A stretch of DNA of 64,000 nucleotides, taken from positions 89-64,088 of the IMG/VR virus record IMGVR_UViG_2199352030_000012; one strand, written 5' to 3'. Below are positions 20,524 through 31,729 of the stretch, in pieces; position 1 is the first letter of the stretch, and the number at the start of each line of letters is the position of its first letter. Source of the DNA: a virus. Under the pieces are notes generated by a model, which worked only from the letters and a program-made list of their open reading frames with translations, had not been told where the DNA came from and did not search any database. Position numbers and translations under genes: made by a program.

Positions 20524-23500
20524 CTATCTTTTGCCCTGTGCAGACTGTCTAGCAACTTGAGCGAACCCTCTCATGTAATCTGCAAATTGTTCACCATTCT
20601 TAACATTAGGAAGAGTAATATCGAGTTGTTGAATTGTTACAGAATCACTTTGAGTTGATGACCTTAACATATTATTGGCTACATTATCCGTACCCGTTAG
20701 AATACTTCTTAATTCATTTCCAATAATATCTGCAAGATCTTTACTTACTGTCTTGAATGATTCACCAAAACCTTTAATAATCTCTTGATATGATTGTGTC
20801 CCACTGATAGCAGAATCTTTGCCATAATCATTAATTACATCTCTGTTTTGTGAAACATATTTATTATAGGCATCAATAATACCTTCAACAGTATTCGAAT
20901 CAAAGCCTGGTATATCACTCAAAATACCTTTATATGATTCATTAATCTCAGCCAAACGTTGTTTTGTTTCTTCTGGAGTCAATGACCCATCTTTGGCACC
21001 AGATACGACTTCACCAACACGAGTAATATAGTCTGCTTTAGATTGGTTTAAGAAATCTTGATATGCCTTTTTAGCAGTGTTCAATTCTTCTTGAGCTGAA
21101 TCAATATCTGCTTGGTTAGCAACATATTTCCATTGGAATTTACCATTTTCATCTTTCTCAATGGTTTGAACATTCTTATTGCCAACAGCTGCATCTAGTT
21201 TTTGTTGAGCAACTAATACATCAATTTCTTTATCAAGACGATCAGATTCAATCTTAGACATCTTCTGCATACCGTCTAGATATTGAAGTTGCTTATTGAC
21301 TGTCTCATTCTCTAATTGTGCTGTGGCAATCTTTTGTCTCATAGCCTCAAGAGTAAGCTCTTTATCTACACCAGATATCCATAAGTTATTCTCAAACTCG
21401 TTTTCATTCGATGTCTTGCCACCATATACTGCCTTCTCAATTTGTTCTTGAACACCATCTAGAGTGTTCTCAAATTGTGATTTAGTGACATCAAGCAACC
21501 CTGTGACGATAGAACTAAGCCCTGATTCATACTCTTTAATTTCTGCTTCTAGCAAATTATATTCATATGAACCCTTTTGGAACCCACTTTGTTCTTTACG
21601 CAACCTAGATAAAGCGTCTAGAGTAGCAGCATATTGAGCATACTGTGAATCATATTGTCCACCATACAAGCTATCTAATACATCTTTACCAACATTCAAT
21701 GACTTACCAATTGAAGCTAAATTACTTAAAGTATCAGCATAATCTTTGTATTTGTTAATCTGATCAGTGATAAGCTGATTTTCATAATCAAATCTAGATT
21801 TAACAGCTTCTTTGATACTATTTTGTGAGTTAGTAATTTCAGTCTCATAATTAGCAATTGCATCATTGATCTTTTGACGTTGGTCAGAAGTCAACTCATC
21901 ACTATTTAACTTGTTTTGCAAAGTTGCTATAGCATCTTGATCAGCCTTAATAATTTCATCATATACTTGTCGTTGCATATCTATCTGTTGGAGAATAAAT
22001 TGTTGATTTACTGCTTCTTTTTCTTCATCAGTTCGTGCATCTTTCAATGCTTGATTATACGCATTACGAGCTTTTACCATATCTTCTGCATACTTCTTAG
22101 AAGCTGCCAGATACTGTGTACTACGTGAATCATCAATATCAACTGCATCAGTACGAGATGAACTCACAGAACTCGTTTTAACTCCGCTAACATTCCCTAA
22201 ATATCCTTGAGAATATTGCTTTGCTAAATTCAATAATTGAGCATATTTATTTTGTTCAATTTGCAATTGAGCATTAGCGACTTTGGCAGTCTGATCAACA
22301 TTCTTCTGTGCGAATTTATCTAACGCATCATTCAATCTCTTCTCAAGATCTAATCTAGCCTGAGCTTGTTGTTCTAAACCAGTCTTTTGACTTAAATCAA
22401 CTATTCCAAATTGACTACTACCCAAATCATTAAAGGTTGTCCCACTTAATAATCCATCTTGAAGATTTTGAACATTATTTTTAAGTTTATCAATGTTTCC
22501 ATTCAAACTTGTTGTAAATTTATTCAAATCTTCTGTAATAGCACTAATCTTTAAATCTTGGACTTCTTGACGCAGCGTCTCAATCGTATCAATTTGTGCA
22601 AGAATACTTGTTTTAAGAGTAGACAGACTGTCATTAATCTTCTTGGCTTGTTCTGGATTACCAAAGTTCATGACACTAAGTTTATTAAATTCATTGATTA
22701 GTCTTCCAACATCACCAGAAGCAGATTGAATCTGTGAGGCGTCCATTTGAAGTTTTAAGCGATAATCAGTTGTGCCGATGTAGCTACCATATTTTTCGTA
22801 AATGGCATTGCTATTATCAATTGAGGTTGTAAGAATCTCCAATTGACGTTGCAATTTTTCAATCTTATCAGATTCTTGTTGATCTTTTTGCTCTGCAATA
22901 GTTTGATTTGTTTGCCAGATATCTGTTTTGAGATTGCTGATCTTAGTATCAATTTCACCCAATGATTGGTAAACGGACTGATACGTGCTTAACAAACTGT
23001 CAACCTTGCTTGCTTTATCACCCTTAAACGAAGCAGCGTGTCCAGCGTTAGTGATTTGGTTACCACTTGTATGGAAACCATAACCACGCAATTGACTTAG
23101 TACACTACTCATTTGAGCATTATATGACCCACGTAAACTATTTTGATAGTTTATTTGTTTTTGATCTAAAGCAATCTTTTGTTGATTTAAACGAATAATC
23201 TTGTTAATATCAGTGCCAGCTTGGGTAATAGCATCTTCAATCTTGGACATTTGAGTGTCAAGATTTTGCCCAGTATACAATTGCTTAGGCATGTAACGCC
23301 AATAGTCTTCACTTACACGAGTGTCGTCTACTTCATCACTTGAATCTCTTACCCCAATTCCCATTTGACGAGCTGCTTCATTGACTAGAGGGGCAACCGT
23401 TGGATCGCCAGTAACAACAGACATTGATTTAGCTGGATTAGACGTTGTAATACTTTGTGGTGAACCAATACGAACAGATCCATTTTTATGTTTAGTCGTC

Positions 23501-26500
23501 TTAATGGTAGTCTTGTGAGTTGTGACATTAACTGATTTATCATGAACACGAGCAATTGCATTGGCTAAATTATTAACAGATTTTGTCCCATGTACATGTG
23601 CTTTAACTGTAACAGATTTGCCTTTTAGACCCTTAATAGCGCCTTTAAGACTATTAACTGCACCTTTACCAGAAACTTTGGCTTTTGCATGAACAGTTTT
23701 AGACTTTACATTCTTAATAGAAGAATGTAATTTATCTACTGAACCCTTTCCAGAAGTTTTGGATTTAACTTTTACAGATTTACTTTTAACACTCTTGTTT
23801 GCCTTAGCTAAATTCTTAACACCATTGGCTCCAGAAGCATTTGCTTTTACCTTAACTGACTTGCTCTTGGTATTTTTGATATTACTATGCAAAGTCTTAA
23901 TATCTTTAGTGCCAGAAGTTTTAGCAGTGACTTTCGTCGTCTTTGACTTAGGCAATTTCTTAAAGCTCTTATTGATACCAGTAATTTTTTTATTGGCATC
24001 ACTAGCACCTTTTACCGAAACTTTGGGACTAGCTTTTTTACTCTTCAATTTCTTGAAATCTTTATTTATCCCGCTAATTTTCTTATTAGCATCTTTGGCT
24101 CCCTTAACTTCTACTTTAGGATTGGCTTTCTTCCCTTTAAGTTTTTTGAAGTCTTTGTTAATACCACTGATTTTTTTATTAGCATCTTGAGCGCCTTTGA
24201 CTTTAACTGTTGCATTTGCTTTCTTGTTATCAAGGGTCTTCATTTTACTGTTAATAGACTTCAATTTGCTATTAGAATCTTTTACACCCTTAATCTCAAC
24301 TTTAGCAGTAACCTTCTTGCTCTTAGATTTCTTTCCACCACTAATTTTTTTATCCAAACCAGCAATTTGTTTATCAATACCTTTGGTATCGAGCTTAATT
24401 CCAAGCTTTTTAGCTGCATCTTTATCAGACTTTAGCCAATCCTTGTACTGTGATAATTGATTTTTTAACTGATCTTTATTTCCAGCGGTTACAGGTGTTT
24501 TAGATAGTTTGTCAAGATTGTCTTTAAGTGTACCAAAATCTTTCTTAACAGTTTCAGCATTCACCTTAATGTTGATTGGGTGCTCTTTAGTGCTTAATGA
24601 ATTTAACCAATTATCAATTTGGACTTGACTCTTCCCAAAATTATGATTATCAGCTAAGAACTTAACTGTTGCAGTCAATCCTTTAGAATTAACCATCTGT
24701 TTTAGTCCCTGTTTGAAGCCTTTATCATAATGGAGGGATGCGCTCAATTGCATCTTCTTTTCAGATGGTAAACTCTTCCAATTAATTGTTAAATCTTGAA
24801 TCAAGCGTTGGGCATCAACTACACCATTTACTTTATAATCTGTAAGATATTCATCTGGAATAGCATTCAACATATGTTGAACACTCTTAACATTCAAGTT
24901 CCCGTTTTTATCTTCTGTAATACCAAATTTAGTAATACGTTCTTTTGGAACTTGTTTCAACCCATCAATCAAATTCTGAATAGAATCAATCTTTTTAGCA
25001 GATACAATACCAGTTTTGGCATCAACAAGAGAATATTTAGTTGTCTTCTCATCGGGTATTTCATCGATCATACCTTGTAAACCTTTTAAAGTAGACTTCC
25101 ATTGTTTACCATAACGAGTAGAGAACTGTGATGTTACACCCAACATCATCTTACCCATACGCCCTTGTTTAGCCATCATATCAATATATGATGTTCCGCC
25201 TTTTTCATAAGCCTTAATGGACTTTTCAATAGCCTGATCAGATAATTTAGAACCCTTGAGAATCTCACGAAGATTATTCTCTTGTGCTTCTTTTTGAGTG
25301 GCAGAATGCTGTTTTAAGGCAGTAATTGCTTTAGTAGCCTGCTGTCTTTCAGAATCGCCCCATGTACTTTGATCCTTTTTAGCCAAGGCACTATTTTGTT
25401 TGCCCAACACGGCTAGTTCTTCTTCTGAAAGCTTCTTCCCATTCTTTATCTTATTCTGAATGTTGCCATAAATTTTATCTTGGCGAGCAGCTTCCATAAC
25501 ATTAGTACCTTGAGCAATTCTTATGGCACGTTTACCAGTTGAGTTTTGGGCACGGTAGTCATCACGAGTGTACCCACCCTTAGCAGAAATGTCAGAAATC
25601 TTACCAATTGATTTTTGAACAGTAGATGTAGCTTTTGCCCATGTTTCCTCAAGTTGACGTCCTTGTTTAGAAGCATAGAACGTAGATAGCTTTGCACCAT
25701 TTTTAAACTCTTTAGTGATTTTGTCTTGTTGGTTTTTAATGTTCTTATAAACTTTGTCATTGTTCATATATGGATTAGCAGCGGCATTGCTTTTAGCAAA
25801 ATCATCATTAACCTTAGAGCGTGCTTTCTGGAGAGCCTTATTACCTGCTTCCATAGCCTTTTGCAGATTCTTAGGACTAAATACTTTATCTAGGTTTTTG
25901 TCAATTTTGGCTAACTTAATAGAAAGTTTGATGGTTTGTTTTTGCTTAATTTGTTTTAAGGCAACATCTAAAGCATGCGCTTGTTCAACAATACTTCCAA
26001 AGTTATTAGCAGTAATACGTAAACTTAAATGATTCTTCTTAGCTAATGCATTATATTCTTTCTTATAAGCCTCGAACTCACTAGATGTAAATGCTGCTGG
26101 ATTACCAGTCTGTTGAGAACGATATTGAACTCGTGCAAGCTTATCATCTAAATCACCATAGGTGTCCATATTTTTAGACACTGTACCATCGAATACAGGA
26201 TTTTTATGAATACTTTTTGTTAATTTATCATTAGCTTGAACAACCTTATATAATCCACGACTATAATTATCAAGATTGGTCTTAATTGGATGCATAGATT
26301 CATTAATGATCTTCCACGGATGAACACCAGCAATTTCTAATAAACCAAATGCAATTGCTGCGACATCTAATGCGACATTAATTCCACCTAGAACAGACAT
26401 AACGACTCCGCCAATTTTACCAACAACACCTAATGCTCGACCAAGTTTCGTTGTGCTTGTGGCAGCTTTTTCGGTTTCACCAGCAGTTCTACTCATAGTT

Positions 26501-28797
26501 CCACCTACGCCAGAGCCTATAGAACTTTCAGTCTCTTCTGCAAAATGCTTGCCTTTATATTTAGACTTGCGACCATTGTTTCCGCCACCAAAACCATCTA
26601 TGCTATTTCTAGCTTCGTTTACTTGTCCTCTCATTCTAGTAAACGCAGCTCCAATACTATCTATCTTACCCACCATAGTATCAAGAGTACCACGTCCGAC
26701 ACTTCTTAGAGATTTTTCAAATTGTCCAGCTTTAGATGTTAAAAGAACGAATCCAGCAACCGCCGCTGTTACGCCAAGCCCCTTCATGAGTCCTTTATTA
26801 GCAGTAATTTTTTGTAACACATTCAGTAACTTAGTTCCAGCATCAATAACACCATTCATGCCGTCACGTCCACCACTAATTGTGGTGATCAACTTACCCC
26901 ATGCATTCTTCAATGCAGCTATATGAAATTCCATAGAATCCTGTTGTTTAGCAAATTCTTGGAATGCAGAACCGCTCGTCTTATTAGTAAGGCTTACTTG
27001 TTTTTGTGCTTCACCAGCTGCTTTTTTAGCAGTATCCCAGTTATCCATCATAGCCTGAAATTGTGTAGCCTGTTCCTTCCCAGCGGCATACCATGAAGCA
27101 GTTTGCTTATCTGACTTGCTCATTGACTTCCATTTTCCAGCCAACTGATCCATAATTTGCCATGTTGATTTAAGCTGTCCATTGCTACCTTTTAGATCAA
27201 CACCTAGGCTCTTGAAATAAGCACTACGAATTTTATTCTGCTTTGTTAATCCATTACCCATGTTAGAGAAGTTAATGGAAATAGTTTTAATAGCACGACC
27301 AATAACATCACCACCAGCACGAGTACCTTCTTGAGCAGCAGTTACCATACCAGTCAATTGTGAGAAATTAGTTCCTGTACTTGCAACGGATGATCCAGCT
27401 TTAGAATAAGCTTGACCTAAATCGTCCATTTCAATGGCATTTTTATTGGCTACCTCGTTCATTGCGTTGATAACATCTTTTGATTTTAGTCCTTGTTTAC
27501 GGAACGCATTTAAAGGAACAGCCATATATTTGACCATGTCGTTAACATCGACATTACCAACAAAGGCACCCATTACAGAATCTTTAGCTAAACTAACAGA
27601 CTGTTTCAAGTTATAACCAGCACTAGCCCATTGTTCAACGGCACTAGCATATTCACTAGCTGATTTACCAACTTTGGTGGCGTTATCATAAATAGTGTTA
27701 CCAAAACCCTTGATAGCAGCTTTAGGAGCATCAACAACTTTTGTAACGGCAGTAACGGCTTTATCAACTTCATTTAATTGCCCAACAATAGCCGTTGCTC
27801 CCATAGCAACTGATTGTCCAGCATACATAAGGCTCATATTCCTTAATGATCCAAATGCAGAACTGCTTTTTAGTCTCTGATCGGCTGCTTTGGCAGACGT
27901 TTGAGACAATTTAAGAGCATTCATTTGTTTCTGCTCAGCCAGTGCTCTTCTCGTAGCTTGTGTTAGCTTGCCTTCTGCTTCTGCTGCTTTCATAGAAGCT
28001 TGATTTCTTTGTCGAACAATAGACAACTGTTCTTTTAATACAGACTTCTCACGGTTCCCGGCATTAATCATTCTGTTCTGAATACGATATTCTTCATTAA
28101 ATCCAGACTTTAATGATCTAGCCGACGAAGCTTCTGCTCTAGTTGCAGCTGCTGCTTTACGAGATGAAGCAGCCAATTTACTCTGTTCATTCTTGGCTTC
28201 TGCAACACTTCTCTTATAATGGTTCATACCGCTTGTAGCAGAACGAGCGTTACTCAATAATTTATCACTAGCACCACGAGAACCAGTTAAGCTTGTAAGT
28301 TCACGTTTAGCAGATCCTAATGATGATTTTAATTTCTGTATCTGTTTAGTTGTAGCTTCTAGTTCTTTACCACCTAGATTACCAGTAGCACGTTTAAGAT
28401 TTAAGCTTCCAAGATCTTTCTCCATACGAACAATTTGTTTTACCTTGTTCTGTATTTGTTGAAGCTCTTCCTTAGACTTCTTTAATCCATTAGTACCAAC
28501 TTTTAACTGGGTTGGTGTTTCCATATCATGTTTAAGCTTTTCGACATCTTTATTTAATTGACGTATTTGCTTAACCATGCCTTTAGAATCGAAGACTGTT
28601 TTGATTTTAACTTTATTGTTCCCAAGATATTTTTCTATCTTAGATTTAAATGAGCGAAGACTGTTCCCATCTGGACTAACTTTAACTTTTACATCAAGAT
28701 TAGCTTTTGCTCCAGACCACTTCTTACGGAATTCGCTTTCTAACTCACCTTGTGTAGGCATTTTTACCTTTACCCGAATGGATAAATCTTTAGCCAA
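20524..28797 (-). CDS. tape measure protein (about 2757 aa)
   Basis: Very long helical ORF with TP901-type core 'WASAGY...MNEVANKNAIEMDDLGQA...GDVIGRAIKTI'; TTG start at 28797 after AGGTGA (ORF track starts at 28806). Confidence 0.93.
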   Translation of the reverse strand: MAKDLSIRVKVKMPTQGELESEFRKKWSGAKANLDVKVKVSPDGNSLRSFKSKIEKYLGNNKVKIKTVFDSKGMVKQIRQLNKDVEKLKHDMETPTQLKVGTNGLKKSKEELQQIQNKVKQIVRMEKDLGSLNLKRATGNLGGKELEATTKQIQKLKSSLGSAKRELTSLTGSRGASDKLLSNARSATSGMNHYKRSVAEAKNEQSKLAASSRKAAAATRAEASSARSLKSGFNEEYRIQNRMINAGNREKSVLKEQLSIVRQRNQASMKAAEAEGKLTQATRRALAEQKQMNALKLSQTSAKAADQRLKSSSAFGSLRNMSLMYAGQSVAMGATAIVGQLNEVDKAVTAVTKVVDAPKAAIKGFGNTIYDNATKVGKSASEYASAVEQWASAGYNLKQSVSLAKDSVMGAFVGNVDVNDMVKYMAVPLNAFRKQGLKSKDVINAMNEVANKNAIEMDDLGQAYSKAGSSVASTGTNFSQLTGMVTAAQEGTRAGGDVIGRAIKTISINFSNMGNGLTKQNKIRSAYFKSLGVDLKGSNGQLKSTWQIMDQLAGKWKSMSKSDKQTASWYAAGKEQATQFQAMMDNWDTAKKAAGEAQKQVSLTNKTSGSAFQEFAKQQDSMEFHIAALKNAWGKLITTISGGRDGMNGVIDAGTKLLNVLQKITANKGLMKGLGVTAAVAGFVLLTSKAGQFEKSLRSVGRGTLDTMVGKIDSIGAAFTRMRGQVNEARNSIDGFGGGNNGRKSKYKGKHFAEETESSIGSGVGGTMSRTAGETEKAATSTTKLGRALGVVGKIGGVVMSVLGGINVALDVAAIAFGLLEIAGVHPWKIINESMHPIKTNLDNYSRGLYKVVQANDKLTKSIHKNPVFDGTVSKNMDTYGDLDDKLARVQYRSQQTGNPAAFTSSEFEAYKKEYNALAKKNHLSLRITANNFGSIVEQAHALDVALKQIKQKQTIKLSIKLAKIDKNLDKVFSPKNLQKAMEAGNKALQKARSKVNDDFAKSNAAANPYMNNDKVYKNIKNQQDKITKEFKNGAKLSTFYASKQGRQLEETWAKATSTVQKSIGKISDISAKGGYTRDDYRAQNSTGKRAIRIAQGTNVMEAARQDKIYGNIQNKIKNGKKLSEEELAVLGKQNSALAKKDQSTWGDSERQQATKAITALKQHSATQKEAQENNLREILKGSKLSDQAIEKSIKAYEKGGTSYIDMMAKQGRMGKMMLGVTSQFSTRYGKQWKSTLKGLQGMIDEIPDEKTTKYSLVDAKTGIVSAKKIDSIQNLIDGLKQVPKERITKFGITEDKNGNLNVKSVQHMLNAIPDEYLTDYKVNGVVDAQRLIQDLTINWKSLPSEKKMQLSASLHYDKGFKQGLKQMVNSKGLTATVKFLADNHNFGKSQVQIDNWLNSLSTKEHPINIKVNAETVKKDFGTLKDNLDKLSKTPVTAGNKDQLKNQLSQYKDWLKSDKDAAKKLGIKLDTKGIDKQIAGLDKKISGGKKSKSKKVTAKVEIKGVKDSNSKLKSINSKMKTLDNKKANATVKVKGAQDANKKISGINKDFKKLKGKKANPKVEVKGAKDANKKISGINKDFKKLKSKKASPKVSVKGASDANKKITGINKSFKKLPKSKTTKVTAKTSGTKDIKTLHSNIKNTKSKSVKVKANASGANGVKNLAKANKSVKSKSVKVKSKTSGKGSVDKLHSSIKNVKSKTVHAKAKVSGKGAVNSLKGAIKGLKGKSVTVKAHVHGTKSVNNLANAIARVHDKSVNVTTHKTTIKTTKHKNGSVRIGSPQSITTSNPAKSMSVVTGDPTVAPLVNEAARQMGIGVRDSSDEVDDTRVSEDYWRYMPKQLYTGQNLDTQMSKIEDAITQAGTDINKIIRLNQQKIALDQKQINYQNSLRGSYNAQMSSVLSQLRGYGFHTSGNQITNAGHAASFKGDKASKVDSLLSTYQSVYQSLGEIDTKISNLKTDIWQTNQTIAEQKDQQESDKIEKLQRQLEILTTSIDNSNAIYEKYGSYIGTTDYRLKLQMDASQIQSASGDVGRLINEFNKLSVMNFGNPEQAKKINDSLSTLKTSILAQIDTIETLRQEVQDLKISAITEDLNKFTTSLNGNIDKLKNNVQNLQDGLLSGTTFNDLGSSQFGIVDLSQKTGLEQQAQARLDLEKRLNDALDKFAQKNVDQTAKVANAQLQIEQNKYAQLLNLAKQYSQGYLGNVSGVKTSSVSSSRTDAVDIDDSRSTQYLAASKKYAEDMVKARNAYNQALKDARTDEEKEAVNQQFILQQIDMQRQVYDEIIKADQDAIATLQNKLNSDELTSDQRQKINDAIANYETEITNSQNSIKEAVKSRFDYENQLITDQINKYKDYADTLSNLASIGKSLNVGKDVLDSLYGGQYDSQYAQYAATLDALSRLRKEQSGFQKGSYEYNLLEAEIKEYESGLSSIVTGLLDVTKSQFENTLDGVQEQIEKAVYGGKTSNENEFENNLWISGVDKELTLEAMRQKIATAQLENETVNKQLQYLDGMQKMSKIESDRLDKEIDVLVAQQKLDAAVGNKNVQTIEKDENGKFQWKYVANQADIDSAQEELNTAKKAYQDFLNQSKADYITRVGEVVSGAKDGSLTPEETKQRLAEINESYKGILSDIPGFDSNTVEGIIDAYNKYVSQNRDVINDYGKDSAISGTQSYQEIIKGFGESFKTVSKDLADIIGNELRSILTGTDNVANNMLRSSTQSDSVTIQQLDITLPNVKNGEQFADYMRGFAQVARQSAQGKR

Positions 28798-28855
28798 AAA
28801 CTTCACCTACTTATCTTTAATTTATTTATGTTTCGGATCCTGCTCATCCGATCTA

Positions 28856-29896
28856 TTACTTTTTCTTCATTAATTCAGAAATTTCTTTAAGTGTTTCTGA
28901 TGCGTCTTTCTTTTCCATATAAAATTTTGTAGTAGTATCAAGTGATTCGTGATGTGCCAACTCTTTTGCCAACTCGATATTTCCCGTCTGTCCGATTTGA
29001 TTCAAACGTGACTTACGAATACAGTGAGCACGAAAATCACCAATACCAATAATTTCACCAATCTTACGAATACGAACTGAAATCGACTGTTTACTCATTG
29101 CTTGATATTGTCCATGAGATTTAATGTAGAAAAATTCATCTCCGTCAATACCTTGCTCTTCACGCCATTTAAGATACTCAATAATCATTTCTTTTGTGTC
29201 ATCCATAAATGGAATGGCTACAATCTTTCCTTCTTTTTCACGAATATCTTGGAAACAATTCTTATCTAAATTTAAACTAGATACTGTTAGACGTGATAAA
29301 GCACCAATACGACATGCACTATCAAATGCAATATTCCAAATTAATTCATCTTGACGATCATATCTGTTATCTTTATCATGTGGTTCGTGTAGTCTAGTTT
29401 TAATCTTGTCAATTTCTGGTTGGTGTAAGAAATAAACCGAAATGCGTTTCTCATTTCCAGCACCTTTGATACGATCTAATTTATTGGCAAATGGATGTGC
29501 TTTAATTTTGTCACGTTTAACTGCCCAGATATAGAAACTAGACACAGCAGACAATTTAGTATTGATGATCTTCTTGCCATTGCCTAATGTGTTCTCACAA
29601 AAGGACATCCAGCCCTCCATAACATCAACAAAATCATCTTCTAACACGTCTTCATCTAGCAGATAGAAGTTATCTTCGTTCTCAGCGATATAACACATAA
29701 ATTGGTTCATATATGATTTATAAACTTTATACGTTGTATCTTTTACATCACTATTTGCCGTTTCACGACTACGCAAGTATCTTTCATATATCTTTATGTT
29801 CTTAGGGTTTACCTTAGACATACGTTCTTTTGTCGCATATCTTTTAGATTTACGACTACCTTGCATTTGATAATTTAATCCTTCTTTATGTTCCAT
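28856..29896 (-). CDS. tyrosine recombinase (Xer/integrase family)
   Basis: 'SACRIGAL' (R), 'REKEGK' (K), 'RAHCIRKS' (HxxR), 'LAHHESLDTTTKFY' (H/Y). Confidence 0.9.
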   Translation of the reverse strand: MEHKEGLNYQMQGSRKSKRYATKERMSKVNPKNIKIYERYLRSRETANSDVKDTTYKVYKSYMNQFMCYIAENEDNFYLLDEDVLEDDFVDVMEGWMSFCENTLGNGKKIINTKLSAVSSFYIWAVKRDKIKAHPFANKLDRIKGAGNEKRISVYFLHQPEIDKIKTRLHEPHDKDNRYDRQDELIWNIAFDSACRIGALSRLTVSSLNLDKNCFQDIREKEGKIVAIPFMDDTKEMIIEYLKWREEQGIDGDEFFYIKSHGQYQAMSKQSISVRIRKIGEIIGIGDFRAHCIRKSRLNQIGQTGNIELAKELAHHESLDTTTKFYMEKKDASETLKEISELMKKK

Positions 29897-29920
29897 ATTA
29901 TTTCTCTTCTCTTACTTTAT

Positions 29921-30424
29921 TTAACCTACCATGACTTCAAAACCTTGTGCTCTTAATCCCTGAGCAAGCATCTCTGGTAGCTTACTTTCCATTTCTTGTC
30001 CTGCACGATCCATATAGTGTGAACCTGGATTGTTATAGATTGGACTTCCAAATGCTCCTGTATCTAAAACATGAACTAATCCTTCACGAAAATCATCGCC
30101 GTGAATATCGGCATGAGCATTCAACATATGTGGGTTAAAAGTCATGTTTAGTCTTGTTGAATCAATATATACTGCAAAACTTGCCACGCTGGTTCCCATT
30201 TGAACATCGGTAACTTGTACTGTGTCTGCCATTTCACCAGTCGTAGTATAATATTCAGAATAGATTCCACTTGGATATTCTTGTTCCAAAATGTCATGTA
30301 ATATGTCTTGAGCTGCTTTACGTACCATTCCTTGCATGGCTTCCATTACACCAACGTGAATCTGTGCAATTACTCGCTGTACGCCCTCATAGGTTATATG
30401 TCCTTCTAAATATGTTGCTGCCAT
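29921..30424 (-). CDS. hypothetical virion/tail completion protein
   Basis: ORF with GGAGG RBS; 'TGEMADTV' and 'PGSHYMDRA' resemble HK97 gp10-like proteins. Confidence 0.55.
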   Translation of the reverse strand: MAATYLEGHITYEGVQRVIAQIHVGVMEAMQGMVRKAAQDILHDILEQEYPSGIYSEYYTTTGEMADTVQVTDVQMGTSVASFAVYIDSTRLNMTFNPHMLNAHADIHGDDFREGLVHVLDTGAFGSPIYNNPGSHYMDRAGQEMESKLPEMLAQGLRAQGFEVMVG

Positions 30425-30526
30425 GTACAATACCTCCAATCAAACAAAAAAATAGCACAAAGTTTTGATAGCTGTTCTACTACCAATAAGCTTTGTGCTA
30501 TAAGTCTCCAACATCACTTCGAGAAC

Positions 30527-31228
30527 TTATTCTTGTGGTTCTTCATCGTCATCGTCTTTAAAAGTTTCATTTAATTTTTGAATCTCTTCGTTTACCTCTT
30601 CACTCTCACTCTTAGGCTTTACAAGAGATATATTAGATTCTGACTGATCATTTTGAGATTTAGTCTCTAATTCAGACTTGGGAACAGCGTCCTGCAATGC
30701 ACTCTTCTCTTTCTCAATTTGTTTAAGAGCCTGTGTACCTTCGTCACTATTAACTCCTAAACCACTATATAAATCCATAATTCTATTTGACAATTCTTCA
30801 CTTGTAAATGTTAAATCTGCTGATTTCAACTCATTTTGAACTGATAAAATCATTATTTTATAGACGTCTGTTACAATACCCGTTAAAACGTGTTTTACCA
30901 TTGTTAGAGCCATTGTAGGGTGTTCAATAATCTTATTAAGTTCTTCGTCTGAAAGTTCTTCTGGAACTTCAATATCAGTTAATAAAGGAATCAATTCACG
31001 CATGACTGTTACACCAGAAATTTCTAGCGTTGCTTCATACTCGTCTTGATCGACGTCATTACCTTCTTCATCTGGGTCTTGATTCAAAGCAGAGATGAAG
31101 TCATCAAGTTCCATAATCTTTTCAACGTCTTCATTAGTTGGTTCATAGACTGTTACTTTACCTGTTGGGGTGTCTACGATTGTTCGGATCGTTCGTTCTT
31201 CCCCACCTAAACTCGCAATTTGCACCAT
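30527..31228 (-). CDS. acidic protein, putative tail assembly chaperone
   Basis: 233 aa acidic ORF upstream of the TMP. Confidence 0.55.
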   Translation of the reverse strand: MVQIASLGGEERTIRTIVDTPTGKVTVYEPTNEDVEKIMELDDFISALNQDPDEEGNDVDQDEYEATLEISGVTVMRELIPLLTDIEVPEELSDEELNKIIEHPTMALTMVKHVLTGIVTDVYKIMILSVQNELKSADLTFTSEELSNRIMDLYSGLGVNSDEGTQALKQIEKEKSALQDAVPKSELETKSQNDQSESNISLVKPKSESEEVNEEIQKLNETFKDDDDEEPQE

Positions 31229-31308
31229 AATCTACACATCTCTCACTCTCTATTAAAATACAAAATTTTCTCATCATTTTTAATCAATAAACCTATTATA
31301 TCACTGTT

Positions 31309-31322
31309 TGTAAGCGTTTACA
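31309..31322. promoter_or_regulatory. cre-like palindrome overlapping a -35 box
   Basis: TGTAAGCGTTTACA; minus-strand promoter TTGTAA-17-TATAAT with extended TG. Confidence 0.6.
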
Positions 31323-31342
31323 ATAGATAAAACATGAATGTG

Positions 31343-31729
31343 TTAATCTTGAGTAGGAATACCACTCTGTTTTGCTACGTTTTCTACTGTAACCCTTAAA
31401 TCCGCAATTTGCTTTGCTTGATCAGCGACAATCTTATGCAAATTTTCTATTTCAACAGCCTGTGTTTCGACAGTTTTTCTAAGATTATCGGCTTCTTTTT
31501 TATTTGATCACGTTCATTTTCAGTAATAATTCGTTTCTGGTTAGCCTCATTCAAGTCTGCATTTGTTCTTTTAATTTCTTTAAGAGCTTCATCTAATTCC
31601 TTGAACAAATCTCTATTGCTATTTGTCATAAATTTCTGTCTGATCAGTTGTAAACTTCTTTTTGGAAGCATATAGGGTTCCAATCAAAGTAATTAATGCT
31701 GTAGCAATACCTACTATGATTGTTTCCAT
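31343..31729 (-). pseudogene. TM + coiled-coil protein interrupted by +1 and -1 frameshifts
   Basis: METIIVGIATALITLIG... stops at 31619; coiled coil continues in the +1 frame and returns to the original frame near 31497, ending ...SGIPTQD. Confidence 0.55.

Noticed and set aside
23759..24460. Hydrophobic + strand ORFs within the TMP
   Set aside because: Antisense shadows of Lys-rich repeats
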